A stretch of 40,000 nucleotides of DNA from Methylococcales bacterium (GCA_963664935.2 CAXXSE010000006.1:1092494-1132493), one strand, 5' to 3'; positions 18,285-29,301 are shown, numbered from the stretch's first letter. Program-made: numbers and translations. Notes: generated from the sequence alone by a model not told the origin.

Positions 18285-19948
18285 GTTGCACCTCCAGCTT
18301 GGCAGGGATGAACGGTGAGACTGGCTCTGGGGTCGTCAGTGATTTCATCGTCGCCGATTTTAAAGTTCTTCAATTTCATGGTCAAATAGCGGTCAAAATA
18401 ATCGTTCAAGGATTTTTCCACCGAATTATCGAATTCCGGGCGTACAACATGGGTTGTGCCCCAAACGACCTTGACGATTTCGCCATCCTTAACGACCAGT
18501 TGGCCGTCTTTAAAAACATAATGGGGTTTGGCGAACATTTTTTCTTTATCGTCTTGGTCCGTATAAACGGTAATATCGGCCCCGGCTCCAGCGCCTAGAT
18601 GACCGCGATCCGAAAGACCGAGAATCTTGGCTGCGCCAGCGCGGGTCATCGTCGCGATTTCATAAAGCGAGTATTCCCGATCGATCGAGCCTAATACGGT
18701 CATTTTGGCCGCTTCCACGTTGATACCCGCAAGCATGTCGTTTCGGAAACTCTTGTCCATCAGTAAACGAATCAGATGGGGATAGGTGGTAAAAGGCGCA
18801 CCGTTGGGATGGTCGGTGGTGAGAAAAACCCGCCATGGGTCGTCGATCAGGAGAAAAGTCTCCAATCCAATGGCCCATTGAAGGGCATTGACAAAATTTT
18901 TATTTTTGTATTTAAAAGGGACAATTCCGCAACCGGCATCGCATTCGATGTCCATGCAGACCCATTTGTTTGGGTTGGCGTGATGATGGTTATCGAACTG
19001 ACGCATGTTGTCCCCGGAAGCGGTGACTGTTTGGCCAAACATGATTTGGCCAACATCTACGCTGATATTTTTGTTTTTATTGACCGATTCGGCAATCCGG
19101 GCCGCGCCCGAAGAAAATTTAAAGTCGCCCTCGGTACCATAACTGTGAAATTGGACATGGGTGAGATGCATCCTTAGACCTTCAATACCGTCGATCGTAT
19201 TCAGGGTAGTCTCGACATTGCCAGGGACACCTAAATTACTGCCATGCACATGGAGCGGATGGGTCACGCCTAATTCAGTTACAGCGGTCGCGAGACACTT
19301 TAAAATCTCTCGGGGTGTGACCTGGTAAAAACTGTTTTTTTCATCCAAGTCCAAGGCGCGCTGGTTGAATTTGAACGCGTTGATCCCACCTGGATTCACA
19401 ACCTTTACGCCAATCGCCTGAGCGGAACGCATAGTCCAGGCGACGTAATCGTTAATTGCTTTTTGGTCCTTTTTTTGCGCCATCTGGCGCAATAGAAAAT
19501 CATCGCTCCCAAGCATGACATAACCCCCTTTGTCGATCATGGGGACATCACCCATCTCCATATGGGCTTGGCGCGCATTAATAGGTAATACCGCAGGTTC
19601 GAAACCGGCGGTGTAGCCCATCTCCGCGTAGCGATATCCCGTGGTCAGGGTGCTTGGTACGGCGTGGCCGGATCCGGAGCGGAGAAGATCGGTACGTGGA
19701 ACAGGATCTTGACGGTGGTCTTCCGGTAACAGCGTTCTGGCGATAGTGACTTTGCCGCCACCGATATGGGTATGCATATCGATTGCGCCAGCCATCACCA
19801 CTTTGCCGTAAAGATTGTATTCTTTATCGATTTGCGCGTTTCTCGGGCTTTTTACGATTCGCCCATCTTTCACGAAGATATCGCGAACTTCGCCGTTAAT
19901 GCCATGGGCGGGGTCGTAGACGGTACCGCCTGTTAGTTTGATTAACAT
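18281..19948 (-). CDS. fhcA: Formyltransferase/hydrolase complex subunit A (FwdA/FmdA-like amidohydrolase)
   Basis: A 555-aa ORF with an amidohydrolase metal-binding signature (AIDMHTHIGGGK) and FwdA-like motifs (HLHGSNLGVPGN, LHLTHVQFHSYG, FLTTDHPNG). Confidence 0.92.
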   Translation of the reverse strand: MLIKLTGGTVYDPAHGINGEVRDIFVKDGRIVKSPRNAQIDKEYNLYGKVVMAGAIDMHTHIGGGKVTIARTLLPEDHRQDPVPRTDLLRSGSGHAVPSTLTTGYRYAEMGYTAGFEPAVLPINARQAHMEMGDVPMIDKGGYVMLGSDDFLLRQMAQKKDQKAINDYVAWTMRSAQAIGVKVVNPGGINAFKFNQRALDLDEKNSFYQVTPREILKCLATAVTELGVTHPLHVHGSNLGVPGNVETTLNTIDGIEGLRMHLTHVQFHSYGTEGDFKFSSGAARIAESVNKNKNISVDVGQIMFGQTVTASGDNMRQFDNHHHANPNKWVCMDIECDAGCGIVPFKYKNKNFVNALQWAIGLETFLLIDDPWRVFLTTDHPNGAPFTTYPHLIRLLMDKSFRNDMLAGINVEAAKMTVLGSIDREYSLYEIATMTRAGAAKILGLSDRGHLGAGAGADITVYTDQDDKEKMFAKPHYVFKDGQLVVKDGEIVKVVWGTTHVVRPEFDNSVEKSLNDYFDRYLTMKLKNFKIGDDEITDDPRASLTVHPCQAGGAT

Positions 19949-19952
19949 GATG

Positions 19953-21236
19953 CTAAATTCCTAATAATGCTTGTTCGATTGCGTTAAGAACTTCCGCCGT
20001 CGACGGTAATTTCGTATCGCGGATTTTTTGAAGCCTCAGCGCGACCACATTATCGGTTCGATAAGCGTGGCCGCTGTGGTCGATGCCGGGAGTCCCGACG
20101 GGTATATAGATGTCGGGCTGTTTGTCGAAACTCATGCCGGACCTGCCCACGACGATAGTGGGAATATCGGTTATTGGAGGCGTACGGGCATTATTGAAGG
20201 CCGAAATCCAGAGCAGGGCGTCCGCTTCGCCGCTATTGAGCAGATGGTCGGTGGAATTCAGAAAAGGGTCGTATTGCGGAAAACCTCGGGCGTAGCTGGT
20301 CCGGACCGGATAGCCGGTAATCCAACCGCATACCTGATTCGCGGTTTGGTCGCCTTCCTTTCCACCTAGAGGCAATCCGGCACAGCGAGTAGTTTGATTG
20401 ATTTCCTTAATCATATCGCTCATCATCTGCACCGTGAGCTCGGCGTTGGAAAAATCCAAGGCGCCCGCCGCCCAGGCGATGACACCGTATTTTGCATTGA
20501 GCAGTTTTTCCGCTAAGACTTTGATGCTCGTTGTTTCAATGCCACCAACCCGTTCGGCGGTTATTGGTTTTTTTTGTATTAAAGCTCGTAAAACCGCAAG
20601 TACTTCGGGCAAATCCTCTTTGTTACAAGCTAAAACCTGAGGGTCTCGGTCGCAGGGTGATGTGGTTGCGGTCCCGGTTGGCGCTTGTCCGAGAAATACA
20701 ACTTCGCGTTTGGTGGTGTCATCGATGAACATACTTTCCTTATTCCAGATATATCGCTCGAAAAATCGTGGAAATAAGGGTTCCAGATCGCAACCGACTA
20801 CCACCAGGAGGTCGGCGCGGTTTTTGACTTCGGCCAGGGTTGTATTCATAAAACCGCTGCTTTGAACCGCCAGAATGTTCCGCATCGCCGCCGTCGAGTT
20901 CATGTTGTCGACGACCGCACGACAAAGGTCGGCTAATGAAAGCGTCGCGCGGACCCCGTTGACGTCGGTGGCCACGCCACCGATCAAGGGTAAATTGGCA
21001 TCGTTCAATATGTTAGCCGCTTGGCCCACGGCCTTTTCAAGACTGGCGGGTTTACCGTTAACAAGGACTTTAGTATCGCCCAAGGGTTGTTCGAAAGCGG
21101 GTGTGTTGACGGCGCAACCATTTTCGACAACGGTGATCGTATCGCCTTTGACTTGGATGCCGAGATCGTCTGTCCCTATTCCACAAAAGGGACTTGGCAC
21201 GTTTTTCCACGTGTCGGGGGATTTTTTTCCTGCCAT
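19953..21236 (-). CDS. fhcB: Formyltransferase/hydrolase complex subunit B (FwdB/FmdB-like, molybdopterin-oxidoreductase fold)
   Basis: A 427-aa ORF and the first gene of the operon. It resembles FwdB (CPFCGIGTDDL-type N-terminus, VVGCDL, WITGYP). Confidence 0.88.
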   Translation of the reverse strand: MAGKKSPDTWKNVPSPFCGIGTDDLGIQVKGDTITVVENGCAVNTPAFEQPLGDTKVLVNGKPASLEKAVGQAANILNDANLPLIGGVATDVNGVRATLSLADLCRAVVDNMNSTAAMRNILAVQSSGFMNTTLAEVKNRADLLVVVGCDLEPLFPRFFERYIWNKESMFIDDTTKREVVFLGQAPTGTATTSPCDRDPQVLACNKEDLPEVLAVLRALIQKKPITAERVGGIETTSIKVLAEKLLNAKYGVIAWAAGALDFSNAELTVQMMSDMIKEINQTTRCAGLPLGGKEGDQTANQVCGWITGYPVRTSYARGFPQYDPFLNSTDHLLNSGEADALLWISAFNNARTPPITDIPTIVVGRSGMSFDKQPDIYIPVGTPGIDHSGHAYRTDNVVALRLQKIRDTKLPSTAEVLNAIEQALLGI

Positions 21237-21580
21237 AGGTATAATTCCAATGATTTTGATAACTAAAAGTAGCCCAAGCGATGGCGATAGCGCCTAACGC
21301 GGGTGCTTGTATACGTCACGAGGTATTGGTTATGTGACTTAGGGTTTTGTTGGTGTGTTCGTGCTCTCGATCCCCGGAAAGCCTGAACCACTCTCTTTTT
21401 GTAGTGTTTATTTACCCGGAAGTCATAAGATGGTCGATCATTAGTGGTAGTTTACATTAACTCGGCAGTCGTGAGTTAACAGCGAGAAAAGCGGGGCAAA
21501 ACTACCCTCTCCATCGTAGTATGTTTGATGAAAAATTTTGAAGATCGCAGAGAATTAGAGCATAGAACGCCTCATTCAGT

Positions 21581-23023
21581 TTAATCGTCATCTATTTCAT
21601 CGGAAACAGCCATCAAGCGGGCACGGATCTGTTGAATCATGCCATTTTCCTCAAGTCGAAAGAATTGTTTGAGGAACAATGGCGCTAAAATTTGCTTGAC
21701 GGTTTTCTCCGATGGCAAATCACGCGATTGAGTGCGAAGATAAAGCGAGTGCTCAGACCAAATCGTATCTTGATACTGGAGCGCAATCAATTGCATTAAC
21801 CCCAAGGCAATGGAGGCACAGAGCACGAAGATTTCATAGGCTCGCCAGCACGCTTGAACGGTATGAATATCCTGGGGCTGTGGGGCTTTGAGAAGACGAT
21901 TGGAAAAGGGGCGTCTAGAATGTTTTGGCAATTTTTTAGTCCAAAAACGAAATTTAAAGGCGCCGATCACATGCTTTAACATCGCGAACATGATTTCAAT
22001 GCGGGTTCTAGCACAATACAGTTCAACGGCATCAATGGCTGACAGCGTTAAATCGGAACTCATTAGAACCATTGGGCCTTTTGAGGTGACGGCGAGAATA
22101 AATAACACCTGATCAGCGATGGGCCGCCATAACAGTGTAAGCGTCATAACCCGGATGGATTCGGTTTTACCGTAGACTTGACAGGTCACCGTCTCAAACA
22201 AATGAAGGTGGTCGAAGCATTCTCTTAAACACACTTTCTCGCCATAGAGCGGCTGAGGCCCGGGTCGAGAGGCGGGTTTCGGTGGCGCGGGGAAATAACC
22301 CACATAGCTATTCTTGGCTTTGACCAGCACCTCAACCCACCGCGCCTGATGCTGGATTGAATAATAGTGGCAAGCTCGAAATACGCCCCCGGTTGAAAAA
22401 AAGGCATCCAACACCAAATAACACAGACAGTGATTCGTCACCGCAAAATGAATCGCCATGGCCACCAAGCGGTCGGTGAGCTTGATCCGACATGGATTAT
22501 CGCGCTCGTCGTTCAACCCTAAATGAGCCCATCCCTGATGAATTTGAAGCTGCAAAGGACAACAAAAACAAGCGGATAACGACCCGATCAAGATGCCAAT
22601 GCTGCCCCAACATTGGGCCCGAAAATAGCCGGGTTTCGTTTGCGTCTCCGATGACTCGTGCATCGATACCACGCCGGGCATCTTGCGTCCATCTTTGATC
22701 ACCGCGGTATGGTCACCCAGAAGTATCGCTCGTCCAGCTACTTCAACGGATTTTCCTTGGCGATTCACAAAATCTTGCCAAGCATCGAGCAACGCCCCAT
22801 AGACATACGCTTTGGATCTAAAAAAACGGAGCAAGCGGTAATAACCAAGTTCATCTAATAGCCAGAAACGACACAACGACGTCACGCCGATCATTTCTCC
22901 TGCCCCCATAAATCCAATCACAATGGCGCAGAACAACAACCAAGTACTCGATCTGGAAAAAACGCTTTGAAAGCTTTCTAAACTCTGAGAAATATACTGT
23001 TGCACGGGGTCTCCTCCTTCCAT
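21581..23023 (-). CDS. DDE transposase, IS4/IS701-like, apparently intact
   Basis: A 480-aa ORF with candidate DDE regions (AILLGDHTAVIKDGRKMPGV, CYLVLDAFF, YCARTRIEIMFAMLKHVIGAFKF). It sits between the fhc operon and the H4MPT cluster. Assignment to an exact IS family is tentative. Confidence 0.7.
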   Translation of the reverse strand: MEGGDPVQQYISQSLESFQSVFSRSSTWLLFCAIVIGFMGAGEMIGVTSLCRFWLLDELGYYRLLRFFRSKAYVYGALLDAWQDFVNRQGKSVEVAGRAILLGDHTAVIKDGRKMPGVVSMHESSETQTKPGYFRAQCWGSIGILIGSLSACFCCPLQLQIHQGWAHLGLNDERDNPCRIKLTDRLVAMAIHFAVTNHCLCYLVLDAFFSTGGVFRACHYYSIQHQARWVEVLVKAKNSYVGYFPAPPKPASRPGPQPLYGEKVCLRECFDHLHLFETVTCQVYGKTESIRVMTLTLLWRPIADQVLFILAVTSKGPMVLMSSDLTLSAIDAVELYCARTRIEIMFAMLKHVIGAFKFRFWTKKLPKHSRRPFSNRLLKAPQPQDIHTVQACWRAYEIFVLCASIALGLMQLIALQYQDTIWSEHSLYLRTQSRDLPSEKTVKQILAPLFLKQFFRLEENGMIQQIRARLMAVSDEIDDD

Positions 23024-23414
23024 CTGTACTTCTACAAAGAAAAGAAGGATCCGTGTTTTTTTAGCAAATGTCTAGTCGTAATTATCGATTTCTATTTTCT
23101 ACACTACTCATCTTTTATGAACACCAGTGGGCAATCTTAAAGCGCAGAGCTATCAATGGGTGATAAGACTTTCTTCCGTTGGTCGAGGTGACACATCGAA
23201 AAAATGAATTCAGGGCCTGAATAGTTACGTCAAATCGGATAGAACTCGTGACTGACGAGTACAATAATTAGCCCTTGTAATGAATACTTTGTCCGTTGGG
23301 AACTAGCGAATTCTCCAATAGCGATGGTAAACTGCGGTCTTTTTGCTAAGAGACCGGTGAGACAAGAAACGAGTCAGATTATAATTTAAAAAAATGGGGA
23401 GTTTTGGGGCGATT

Positions 23415-23672
23415 ATGACAACTAAATATAATGAGAATTTACAGCTTAATCCAAAAGATATCGAACTGATTGAAGACGCGTTAAGGGCTAGCCTTGAACA
23501 ATTAGCCCACGATACGATGATGATTGGCGATGCGGTATATGCATCCGACGAAGAACTTGTGGCAAACAAAAACACAAAAGTTAAACAAGTTAACCAACTG
23601 TTGGGTAAATTGCATAATAAAAAAATATTCTATAGCCAAACCCATCGGAAGAAAGGTGTACCGCTCGGGTAA
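23415..23672 (+). CDS. Small hypothetical protein (about 85 aa) immediately upstream of mptG
   Basis: The ORF is MTTKYNENLQLNPKDIELIEDALRASLEQLAH..KKIFYSQTHRKKGVPLG. It is on the same strand as mptG and ends 19 nt before it. I recognise no family. Confidence 0.4.
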   Translation: MTTKYNENLQLNPKDIELIEDALRASLEQLAHDTMMIGDAVYASDEELVANKNTKVKQVNQLLGKLHNKKIFYSQTHRKKGVPLG

Positions 23673-23691
23673 AATAAAAGTTTAGCGAGTG

Positions 23692-24675
23692 ATGTCGTTA
23701 AACCAGTGTGTGCGGGTTGTGGCCCCAGCTCGTTTGCATATGGGGTTTATCGATATGAATGGTACTTCGGGACGGCGCTTTGGCGGCCTGGGTGTGGTTT
23801 TGCTCGAGTTGGAAACGCGATTAAATGTTCGAACGGCCGACAAGCTTGATGCGAGCGGACCGAGTGCGAACCGGGCAATCCAGTGTGTCCGAAAGTTCAG
23901 TAACCTTCTGGGTGTGCCCGGAGAAGTTCACGTTCAGATCGAGAAAGCTATTCCGGAGCATGTGGGTTTGGGATCGGGCACGCAGATGGCATTGGCCATT
24001 GGTCTTGGCCTGAGCCAATTGTATGGACTGAAACTATCGGCGCGAAAACTAGCGTCGATTAGTGAACGAGGCGCCCGATCGGGTATAGGAATCGCTGGTT
24101 TCGAAAGGGGTGGATTTGTTGTCGATGGAGGAAGATGTAGTGAAACCGAGGTTCCTCCGGTTATCGCCCACATGGATTTTCCTTCGCAATGGAAAATCAT
24201 CTTGGTTTTCGACCGTCGAGGGCAAGGGCTTCATGGCAATCATGAAAAGGAAGCCTTTAGCCGATTGCCGTCTCTCCCCGAGGAAGAAGTAGCACGGGTT
24301 TGTTATCTCTTGCTGATGCAAGCTCTTCCCGCACTGGCGGAGAGCCGTCTTAGACATTTCGGGGACGCTGTAACCGACATTCAACGTTCCGTTGGGAATT
24401 ATTTTGCGGCGGCTCAGGGTGGGCGGTACACCAGTGCCGACGTCGGCGTGGCCTTGGACTGGCTCGGCGAGCAAGGGGCCGTTGGATTAGGCCAGAGTTC
24501 TTGGGGGCCGACGGGGTTTTGTTTGGTTGAGGAAGAACAGGCGGAGATATTATTAGATGTCGCCGAAACACGGTTCAAACACGTTTCGACATTAAGTTTT
24601 ATGGTTGTTACGGCGCGAAATCAAGGAGGCGAAGTTTCCGTTGTCGGATCTGATTTTAACAACGGATTGGTGTAG
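23692..24675 (+). CDS. mptG: Beta-ribofuranosylaminobenzene 5'-phosphate synthase (H4MPT biosynthesis, GHMP-kinase fold)
   Basis: Characteristic segments are VVAPARLHMGFIDMNGTSGRRFGGLGVVL, the GHMP motif PEHVGLGSGTQMALAIGLGL, and SGIGIAGFERGGFVVDGG. The gene lies in the H4MPT cluster. A GTG at 23689 is an alternative start. Confidence 0.9.
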   Translation: MSLNQCVRVVAPARLHMGFIDMNGTSGRRFGGLGVVLLELETRLNVRTADKLDASGPSANRAIQCVRKFSNLLGVPGEVHVQIEKAIPEHVGLGSGTQMALAIGLGLSQLYGLKLSARKLASISERGARSGIGIAGFERGGFVVDGGRCSETEVPPVIAHMDFPSQWKIILVFDRRGQGLHGNHEKEAFSRLPSLPEEEVARVCYLLLMQALPALAESRLRHFGDAVTDIQRSVGNYFAAAQGGRYTSADVGVALDWLGEQGAVGLGQSSWGPTGFCLVEEEQAEILLDVAETRFKHVSTLSFMVVTARNQGGEVSVVGSDFNNGLV

Positions 24676-24713
24676 CGAAAATGCGCTGATGGAGAGAAGC
24701 TGAAAAAAAATCA

Positions 24714-25853
24714 TTGGACATTATTCGACCCAAACAACTGCTGATCATCAGTTTGAGTGCAAGAATGTTTGCGCAGTCCGCGCGAAGTGGCGGTTGGAAA
24801 CCAATAGTCATCGACCAATTCGCGGACCAAGACACTATCGAGTTATCCCAAAGGGCCTTAAAAATCGATTTTGATCGTTTGGATGTCGGTCCGGAAGAAT
24901 TTTGGTCGATTGTCAACGAAATTGGTGCTTCCGACAGCGAGCCGGGTGTTATATACGGTAGCGGGGTGGATCATAAATATCGATTTCTTGAATTCTTGTT
25001 TGACCAATTCGTGGTGTATGGCAATCAAATAGAGGTTTTAGATTTTTGTTACGATCCCTATCGGTTTTTCCCCCAATTAAAATACCTGGGGATTCCATTT
25101 CCCGAGACTTGCGGTCACCACCCAACACCTTGTAAGGAATGGTTAGTCAAGGAGCGTTTTAGCGAAGGTGGCCGCGGGGTTCGATTTTTCGATGACATCG
25201 ATATATACAATTCCGGCGACTACTTTCAAAAATATCTTGTTGGGCCGGTATTATCGGTGCTTTTCCTGGCTGATGGGAAGCAAGCGGTCATTATCGGATT
25301 TAATTCACAATGGATTTCTCGGCAAGATCCTAATCGCCCTTTCTTATTTTCAGGATTAATAAACCGGGTGGATTTGGATTCCGAACAAAAGGAAACCGTA
25401 AAATCTTATATTGATCGGCTGGTGGATGGGATCGGCCTAAAAGGATTGAACTCTTTAGACTTTATTCTCCATGGTGATATCTGTAAAATCATTGAGCTGA
25501 ACCCTCGGATCAGCGCAAGTATGGCCTTGTACGATGAAGCCTACGCTAATGGGCTGATAGCCGAACATGTTTTAGCATGCCAAGGTAAAATTGGGTTGCG
25601 GCCCATCGCGGACGAACAGATCCGCGCGATAAAAGTGGTCTATGCACCCCGTGATTTAAAGGTTCAATATTTCGGGGAATGGCCAGAATGGTGTGTTGAT
25701 AGACCGTTTCCAGGGACGCGGATTTTGGCGGGGCAGGCGATTTGCAGTGTTACCGCCAGTGGTTTTTGTCAAGAAGAAGTGGAGCGGGAAATTAAGGAAC
25801 AAGAAAATCAAATATTGGTTTTTTGCGCACCCTTTGAAAATCAATTTACATAA
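24714..25853 (+). CDS. ATP-grasp domain protein of the H4MPT-linked cluster
   Basis: The N-terminus [20 protein letters not shown] is pre-ATP-grasp-like. The central part reads [17 protein letters not shown] and [19 protein letters not shown], with [18 protein letters not shown] near the C-terminus. The start is a TTG at 24714, because no upstream ATG is in frame. Confidence 0.75.
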   Translation: MDIIRPKQLLIISLSARMFAQSARSGGWKPIVIDQFADQDTIELSQRALKIDFDRLDVGPEEFWSIVNEIGASDSEPGVIYGSGVDHKYRFLEFLFDQFVVYGNQIEVLDFCYDPYRFFPQLKYLGIPFPETCGHHPTPCKEWLVKERFSEGGRGVRFFDDIDIYNSGDYFQKYLVGPVLSVLFLADGKQAVIIGFNSQWISRQDPNRPFLFSGLINRVDLDSEQKETVKSYIDRLVDGIGLKGLNSLDFILHGDICKIIELNPRISASMALYDEAYANGLIAEHVLACQGKIGLRPIADEQIRAIKVVYAPRDLKVQYFGEWPEWCVDRPFPGTRILAGQAICSVTASGFCQEEVEREIKEQENQILVFCAPFENQFT

Positions 25854-25867
25854 CTAATAAAATACCA

Positions 25868-26845
25868 ATGTCAACAAAACAGGCCCCCAGTGTAAGTCGT
25901 TACAGTCAACCCTTGGTTGAGTCTTTGATCGGCAACGCCGATCGATTGCGTATCAATGTGGATCGTCTCGAAAACGGTTGTACGATCGTTGATGCTGGGA
26001 TTGAGGTGGTGGGTGGAATCGAAGTCGGGCGAATCGTTGCCGAAATCTGCTTAGGTGGGCTTGGTGTTGTGACTTTAACGAACAGCGCTTCGGTGAAAAA
26101 TTGGCCCTTGACGGTCAATGTCCATACCGCGAATCCGGTAATCAGTTGTCTTGGGAGTCAATATGCCGGTTGGAAATTATCCCATGGCAAAGGCAAGGGA
26201 TCATTCTATGCATTGGGATCCGGCCCGGCGCGCGCTCTATATGCGAACGAGGAATTATTCGAAGAGCTTGGGTATCAAGATACCGCGCGGGAAGGCTGTT
26301 TAATCATGGAGGTCGATAAAGTTCCACCCGTTGAATTGGTTGAACAGATAGCCGATAAATGTAAGATCGATCCGTCGAAATTAACCATTATATTGACTCC
26401 GACGACAAGCCTGGCGGGAGGTCTGCAAGTGGTGGCAAGAGTGTTGGAAACCGGTTTGCATAAGGCGCATACCCTTCATTTTCCCTTAACGGATATCTTG
26501 GGTGGATTTGGGAGCGCGCCAGCGTGTCCGCCGACCTCCGATTTTATCCAGGCAATGGGTCGTACCAACGATGCTATTTTGTTCGCGGGTCAGATTCAAC
26601 TCTTCGTCAAGGGTTCTGACGAGGCCGCGGAAAAATTAGCGAATGAAATGCCCAGTTCGACTTCTTCGGACTACGGTAAACCCTTTGCGGAGCTGTTCAA
26701 GGAGTACGACTACGATTTCTTCAAGGTCGATCCCATGTTGTTCAGCCCAGCCCGTGTAATCGTAACCGCGGTCGATTCAGGACGTAGTTTTCATGCGGGC
26801 CAACTGGATGAGGCATTGCTGGATAAATCTTTCGGAGTTGAATGA
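25868..26845 (+). CDS. mch: Methenyltetrahydromethanopterin cyclohydrolase
   Basis: A 325-aa ORF with Mch-like segments ([75 protein letters not shown]). Confidence 0.92.
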   Translation: MSTKQAPSVSRYSQPLVESLIGNADRLRINVDRLENGCTIVDAGIEVVGGIEVGRIVAEICLGGLGVVTLTNSASVKNWPLTVNVHTANPVISCLGSQYAGWKLSHGKGKGSFYALGSGPARALYANEELFEELGYQDTAREGCLIMEVDKVPPVELVEQIADKCKIDPSKLTIILTPTTSLAGGLQVVARVLETGLHKAHTLHFPLTDILGGFGSAPACPPTSDFIQAMGRTNDAILFAGQIQLFVKGSDEAAEKLANEMPSSTSSDYGKPFAELFKEYDYDFFKVDPMLFSPARVIVTAVDSGRSFHAGQLDEALLDKSFGVE

Positions 26846-27769
26846 TTGGCGCCATGTATCGCCATAATGACCGACGATCCCGGTTGGCACGGGGCGCGTT
26901 TACGCGAAGCATTTTCCGCCGGGGGCTTCGATAGTGAATATATCTCCCTAACCCGTTGCCGCCTTAATATTCATGAAGGCCAAACACCCATTGAAATCCC
27001 CGGATTCAAAAACTGCTTGCCCGATGGTGTATTCGTTCGTGGCGTACCTGGTGGTTCGCTTGATGAAGTTGTTTTTTATCTCGACATTTTACATGCTTTA
27101 AAAGCCTGTGGGATTCCCGTCTACAACGATGGACGAGCGATCGAACGCAGTGTAGACAAGGCGTTAACCAGTTTTTTATTGCAACACGCGGGAATTCCAA
27201 CGCCAGCAACGTGGATCATGCGGGATCGAGACGATGCAATGGCATTGGTGCGAGATGAACTAAAGCACGGTCATCAAGTGGTTTCGAAGCCACTTTTTGG
27301 ATCGCAAGGAATCGGATTGCAACGCTTATCGAAGCTCGGTGATTTATCCAACCTTGTTAATACCAATGGCATATATTATCTACAACGTTATATTGGTGGT
27401 AGTGACACTTCGTCCCATGATTGGCGGGTTTTCGTCATCAACGGCCAAAGTGTCGCGGTCATGCGCCGTGTCGGTAGTAGCTGGCTGAATAATATTGCCC
27501 AAGGCGCCCGGTGCGAAAAAGCCTTGCCCGATGATGCCATGATGCAAATGGCCGAGGCTGCGATTAAGGCATTGGATATGGATTACGGCGGTGTTGATAT
27601 CATTCGCGATGAGCGGGGAAACTATAGCGTTATAGAAGTGAACAGCATTCCCGCCTGGAAAGGTTTGCAGAGTGTTTGCGATGAAAATATCGCGAATTTA
27701 CTGGCCACGGATTTTTTGAGCCGTTGTGATGATAATTCTAGCGGGACATCAGTAGTTTCATGGAGGTAG
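26846..27769 (+). CDS. RimK-family ATP-grasp ligase (H4MPT:alpha-L-glutamate ligase-like)
   Basis: RimK-type motifs are present (IAIMTDDPGWHG, NDGRAIERSVDKALTSFLLQHAGIPTP, VVSKPLFGSQGIGL, WRVFVINGQSVAVMRR, GGVDIIRDERGNYSVIEVNSIPAWKGL). The TTG start is immediately after the mch stop. Confidence 0.85.
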   Translation: MAPCIAIMTDDPGWHGARLREAFSAGGFDSEYISLTRCRLNIHEGQTPIEIPGFKNCLPDGVFVRGVPGGSLDEVVFYLDILHALKACGIPVYNDGRAIERSVDKALTSFLLQHAGIPTPATWIMRDRDDAMALVRDELKHGHQVVSKPLFGSQGIGLQRLSKLGDLSNLVNTNGIYYLQRYIGGSDTSSHDWRVFVINGQSVAVMRRVGSSWLNNIAQGARCEKALPDDAMMQMAEAAIKALDMDYGGVDIIRDERGNYSVIEVNSIPAWKGLQSVCDENIANLLATDFLSRCDDNSSGTSVVSWR

Positions 27770-28629
27770 ATGATTCCCAATGGCGAAATCGGGTCGGACA
27801 GGCCTATCTTGATGCCTGTGAATACGATATTACAGCATTCAAACCGGGTAATGTTAGTGTTTTTTCTGAAGGCCACGGCATGACAGTAGCGGATTTCAGA
27901 AATAGCGCCGCGGTCAGCGAGCCGGTGCTAACGGATTTTGGATTATCGGTGGGTGAAAAAATATATTGTGCGGTTCAGGCGACTTGGAATAAAGTGGGTT
28001 GTAACACCAACCTCGGTATTATCTTGCTTTGCGCGCCAATGATTCACGCCGCGCAAGATCGATGCAAAATGGCTTCTTTTAAAACAAAATTGCAACATGT
28101 GCTCGATTCCACCACACAACAAGATGCGGATTGGGTCTTTCGCGCGATACGGTTGGTTTCACCCGGTGGTTTAGGGCAATCTGAACAACAAGATGTCCAT
28201 TCGGCTCCGGAAGTGACCCTGACCGAAGCCATGGGAATTGCCCGCGAGCGCGATCGTATTGCTTGGCAGTATGTGAATTGTTTTAAAGATGTTTTAGATT
28301 TCGGTTTAAAAAGGTATCATGTAGCGATCAATCGATGGGGCGATGCGAATTGGGCTGTGGTGGCGGTGTACATCGGGCTGCTCGCGCGTATTCCTGATAG
28401 CCACGTTGAGCGAAAATATGGTAACAAATTCAATGGATTAGTGCGTACCAGGATGACATTCTTGGATGGGATGTTGTCAAAAACCGAAAGGCCGGAACAG
28501 GTAAATCAGTTATTACAGGAGGTTGATGCTGAGTTTAAGTCTTTGGGGATAAATCCAGGCGCCACGGCGGATCTAACAGCGGCAACATTGCTGGCGGTGG
28601 GTTTGGAGCAACTGCTTAGCGGAGGATAA
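27760..28629 (+). CDS. Triphosphoribosyl-dephospho-CoA synthase (CitG/MdcB)-family protein of the H4MPT cluster
   Basis: Characteristic segments are AFKPGNVS, NTNLGIILLCAP and INPGATADLTAATLLAV. It overlaps the preceding gene by 10 nt. Confidence 0.8.
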   Translation: MEVDDSQWRNRVGQAYLDACEYDITAFKPGNVSVFSEGHGMTVADFRNSAAVSEPVLTDFGLSVGEKIYCAVQATWNKVGCNTNLGIILLCAPMIHAAQDRCKMASFKTKLQHVLDSTTQQDADWVFRAIRLVSPGGLGQSEQQDVHSAPEVTLTEAMGIARERDRIAWQYVNCFKDVLDFGLKRYHVAINRWGDANWAVVAVYIGLLARIPDSHVERKYGNKFNGLVRTRMTFLDGMLSKTERPEQVNQLLQEVDAEFKSLGINPGATADLTAATLLAVGLEQLLSGG

Positions 28630-28774
28630 CGAAAAATACTTTATGTATTCTTGACTTATTCGAACTAAGGTTTAATTTTAATACGGACATTGTTTTGTAT
28701 TGTTATTAAGGGGAATAACAATGTCGATACTTGATGCAATTTTATCTTTTTTTTCTTCAGAGGAGTCGAACAAC

Positions 28775-29287
28775 ATGGGAACAATCAATAAATTAATGGT
28801 AGGCGAGTCGCTTCAAGGGGACGGCAACGAAGTCGCGCATATCGATCTGTTAATCGGACCTCGCGGTAGCGCCGCGGAATCCGCATTCGCTAATTGCATA
28901 ACCAATAACAAAGATGGTTTCTCCAGCCTTCTGGCGGTAGTTGCTCCTAATTTGATGACTAAACCAAATACTGTCATGTTCAATAAGGTTACCATCAAAA
29001 ACAGCACACAGGCGGTTCAGATGTTTGGTCCGGCTCAACGCGGTGTTGCCATGGCGGTTGCCGATTGTGTTGAAGACGGTACGATTCCCGCGGCTGAAGC
29101 TGACGATATTTTCATCTGCGTTGGTGTATTCATACACTGGTTGGCTGAAGACGATACCAAAATTCAGGATTATAATTATGGCGCAACCAAAGAAGCGCTC
29201 AAACGCGCCGTTGCTGGCGAGCCTAGAGCTGCTGAAGTCGTTGCGCAAAAAGGTACCGCGGAACATCCTTTCGCTGCCCACGTATAA
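28775..29287 (+). CDS. fae: Formaldehyde-activating enzyme (5,6,7,8-tetrahydromethanopterin hydro-lyase)
   Basis: The sequence [98 protein letters not shown] matches canonical Fae along its length. A GAGGAG sequence lies 8 nt upstream of this ATG, which gives 170 aa. Confidence 0.93.
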   Translation: MGTINKLMVGESLQGDGNEVAHIDLLIGPRGSAAESAFANCITNNKDGFSSLLAVVAPNLMTKPNTVMFNKVTIKNSTQAVQMFGPAQRGVAMAVADCVEDGTIPAAEADDIFICVGVFIHWLAEDDTKIQDYNYGATKEALKRAVAGEPRAAEVVAQKGTAEHPFAAHV

Positions 29288-29301
29288 TTGCTTTGCTAAA
29301 A

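Noticed and set aside
16576-21297. Numerous 60-140-aa ORFs on the plus strand or in alternate frames within the fhc genes (e.g. 17536..17874, 18776..19177, 20875..21297)
   Set aside because: They are shadow ORFs inside strongly supported, full-length conserved genes. Their compositions are low in complexity (Arg/Pro/Ser-rich), and they have no plausible starts or motifs.
28700-28774. A longer Fae with a 25-residue N-terminal extension ([25 protein letters not shown])
   Set aside because: Canonical Fae proteins begin at the position of the [11 protein letters not shown].. methionine. That ATG has a GAGGAG sequence 8 nt upstream and gives the expected length of about 170 aa. The extension has no counterpart in the Fae sequences I recall.
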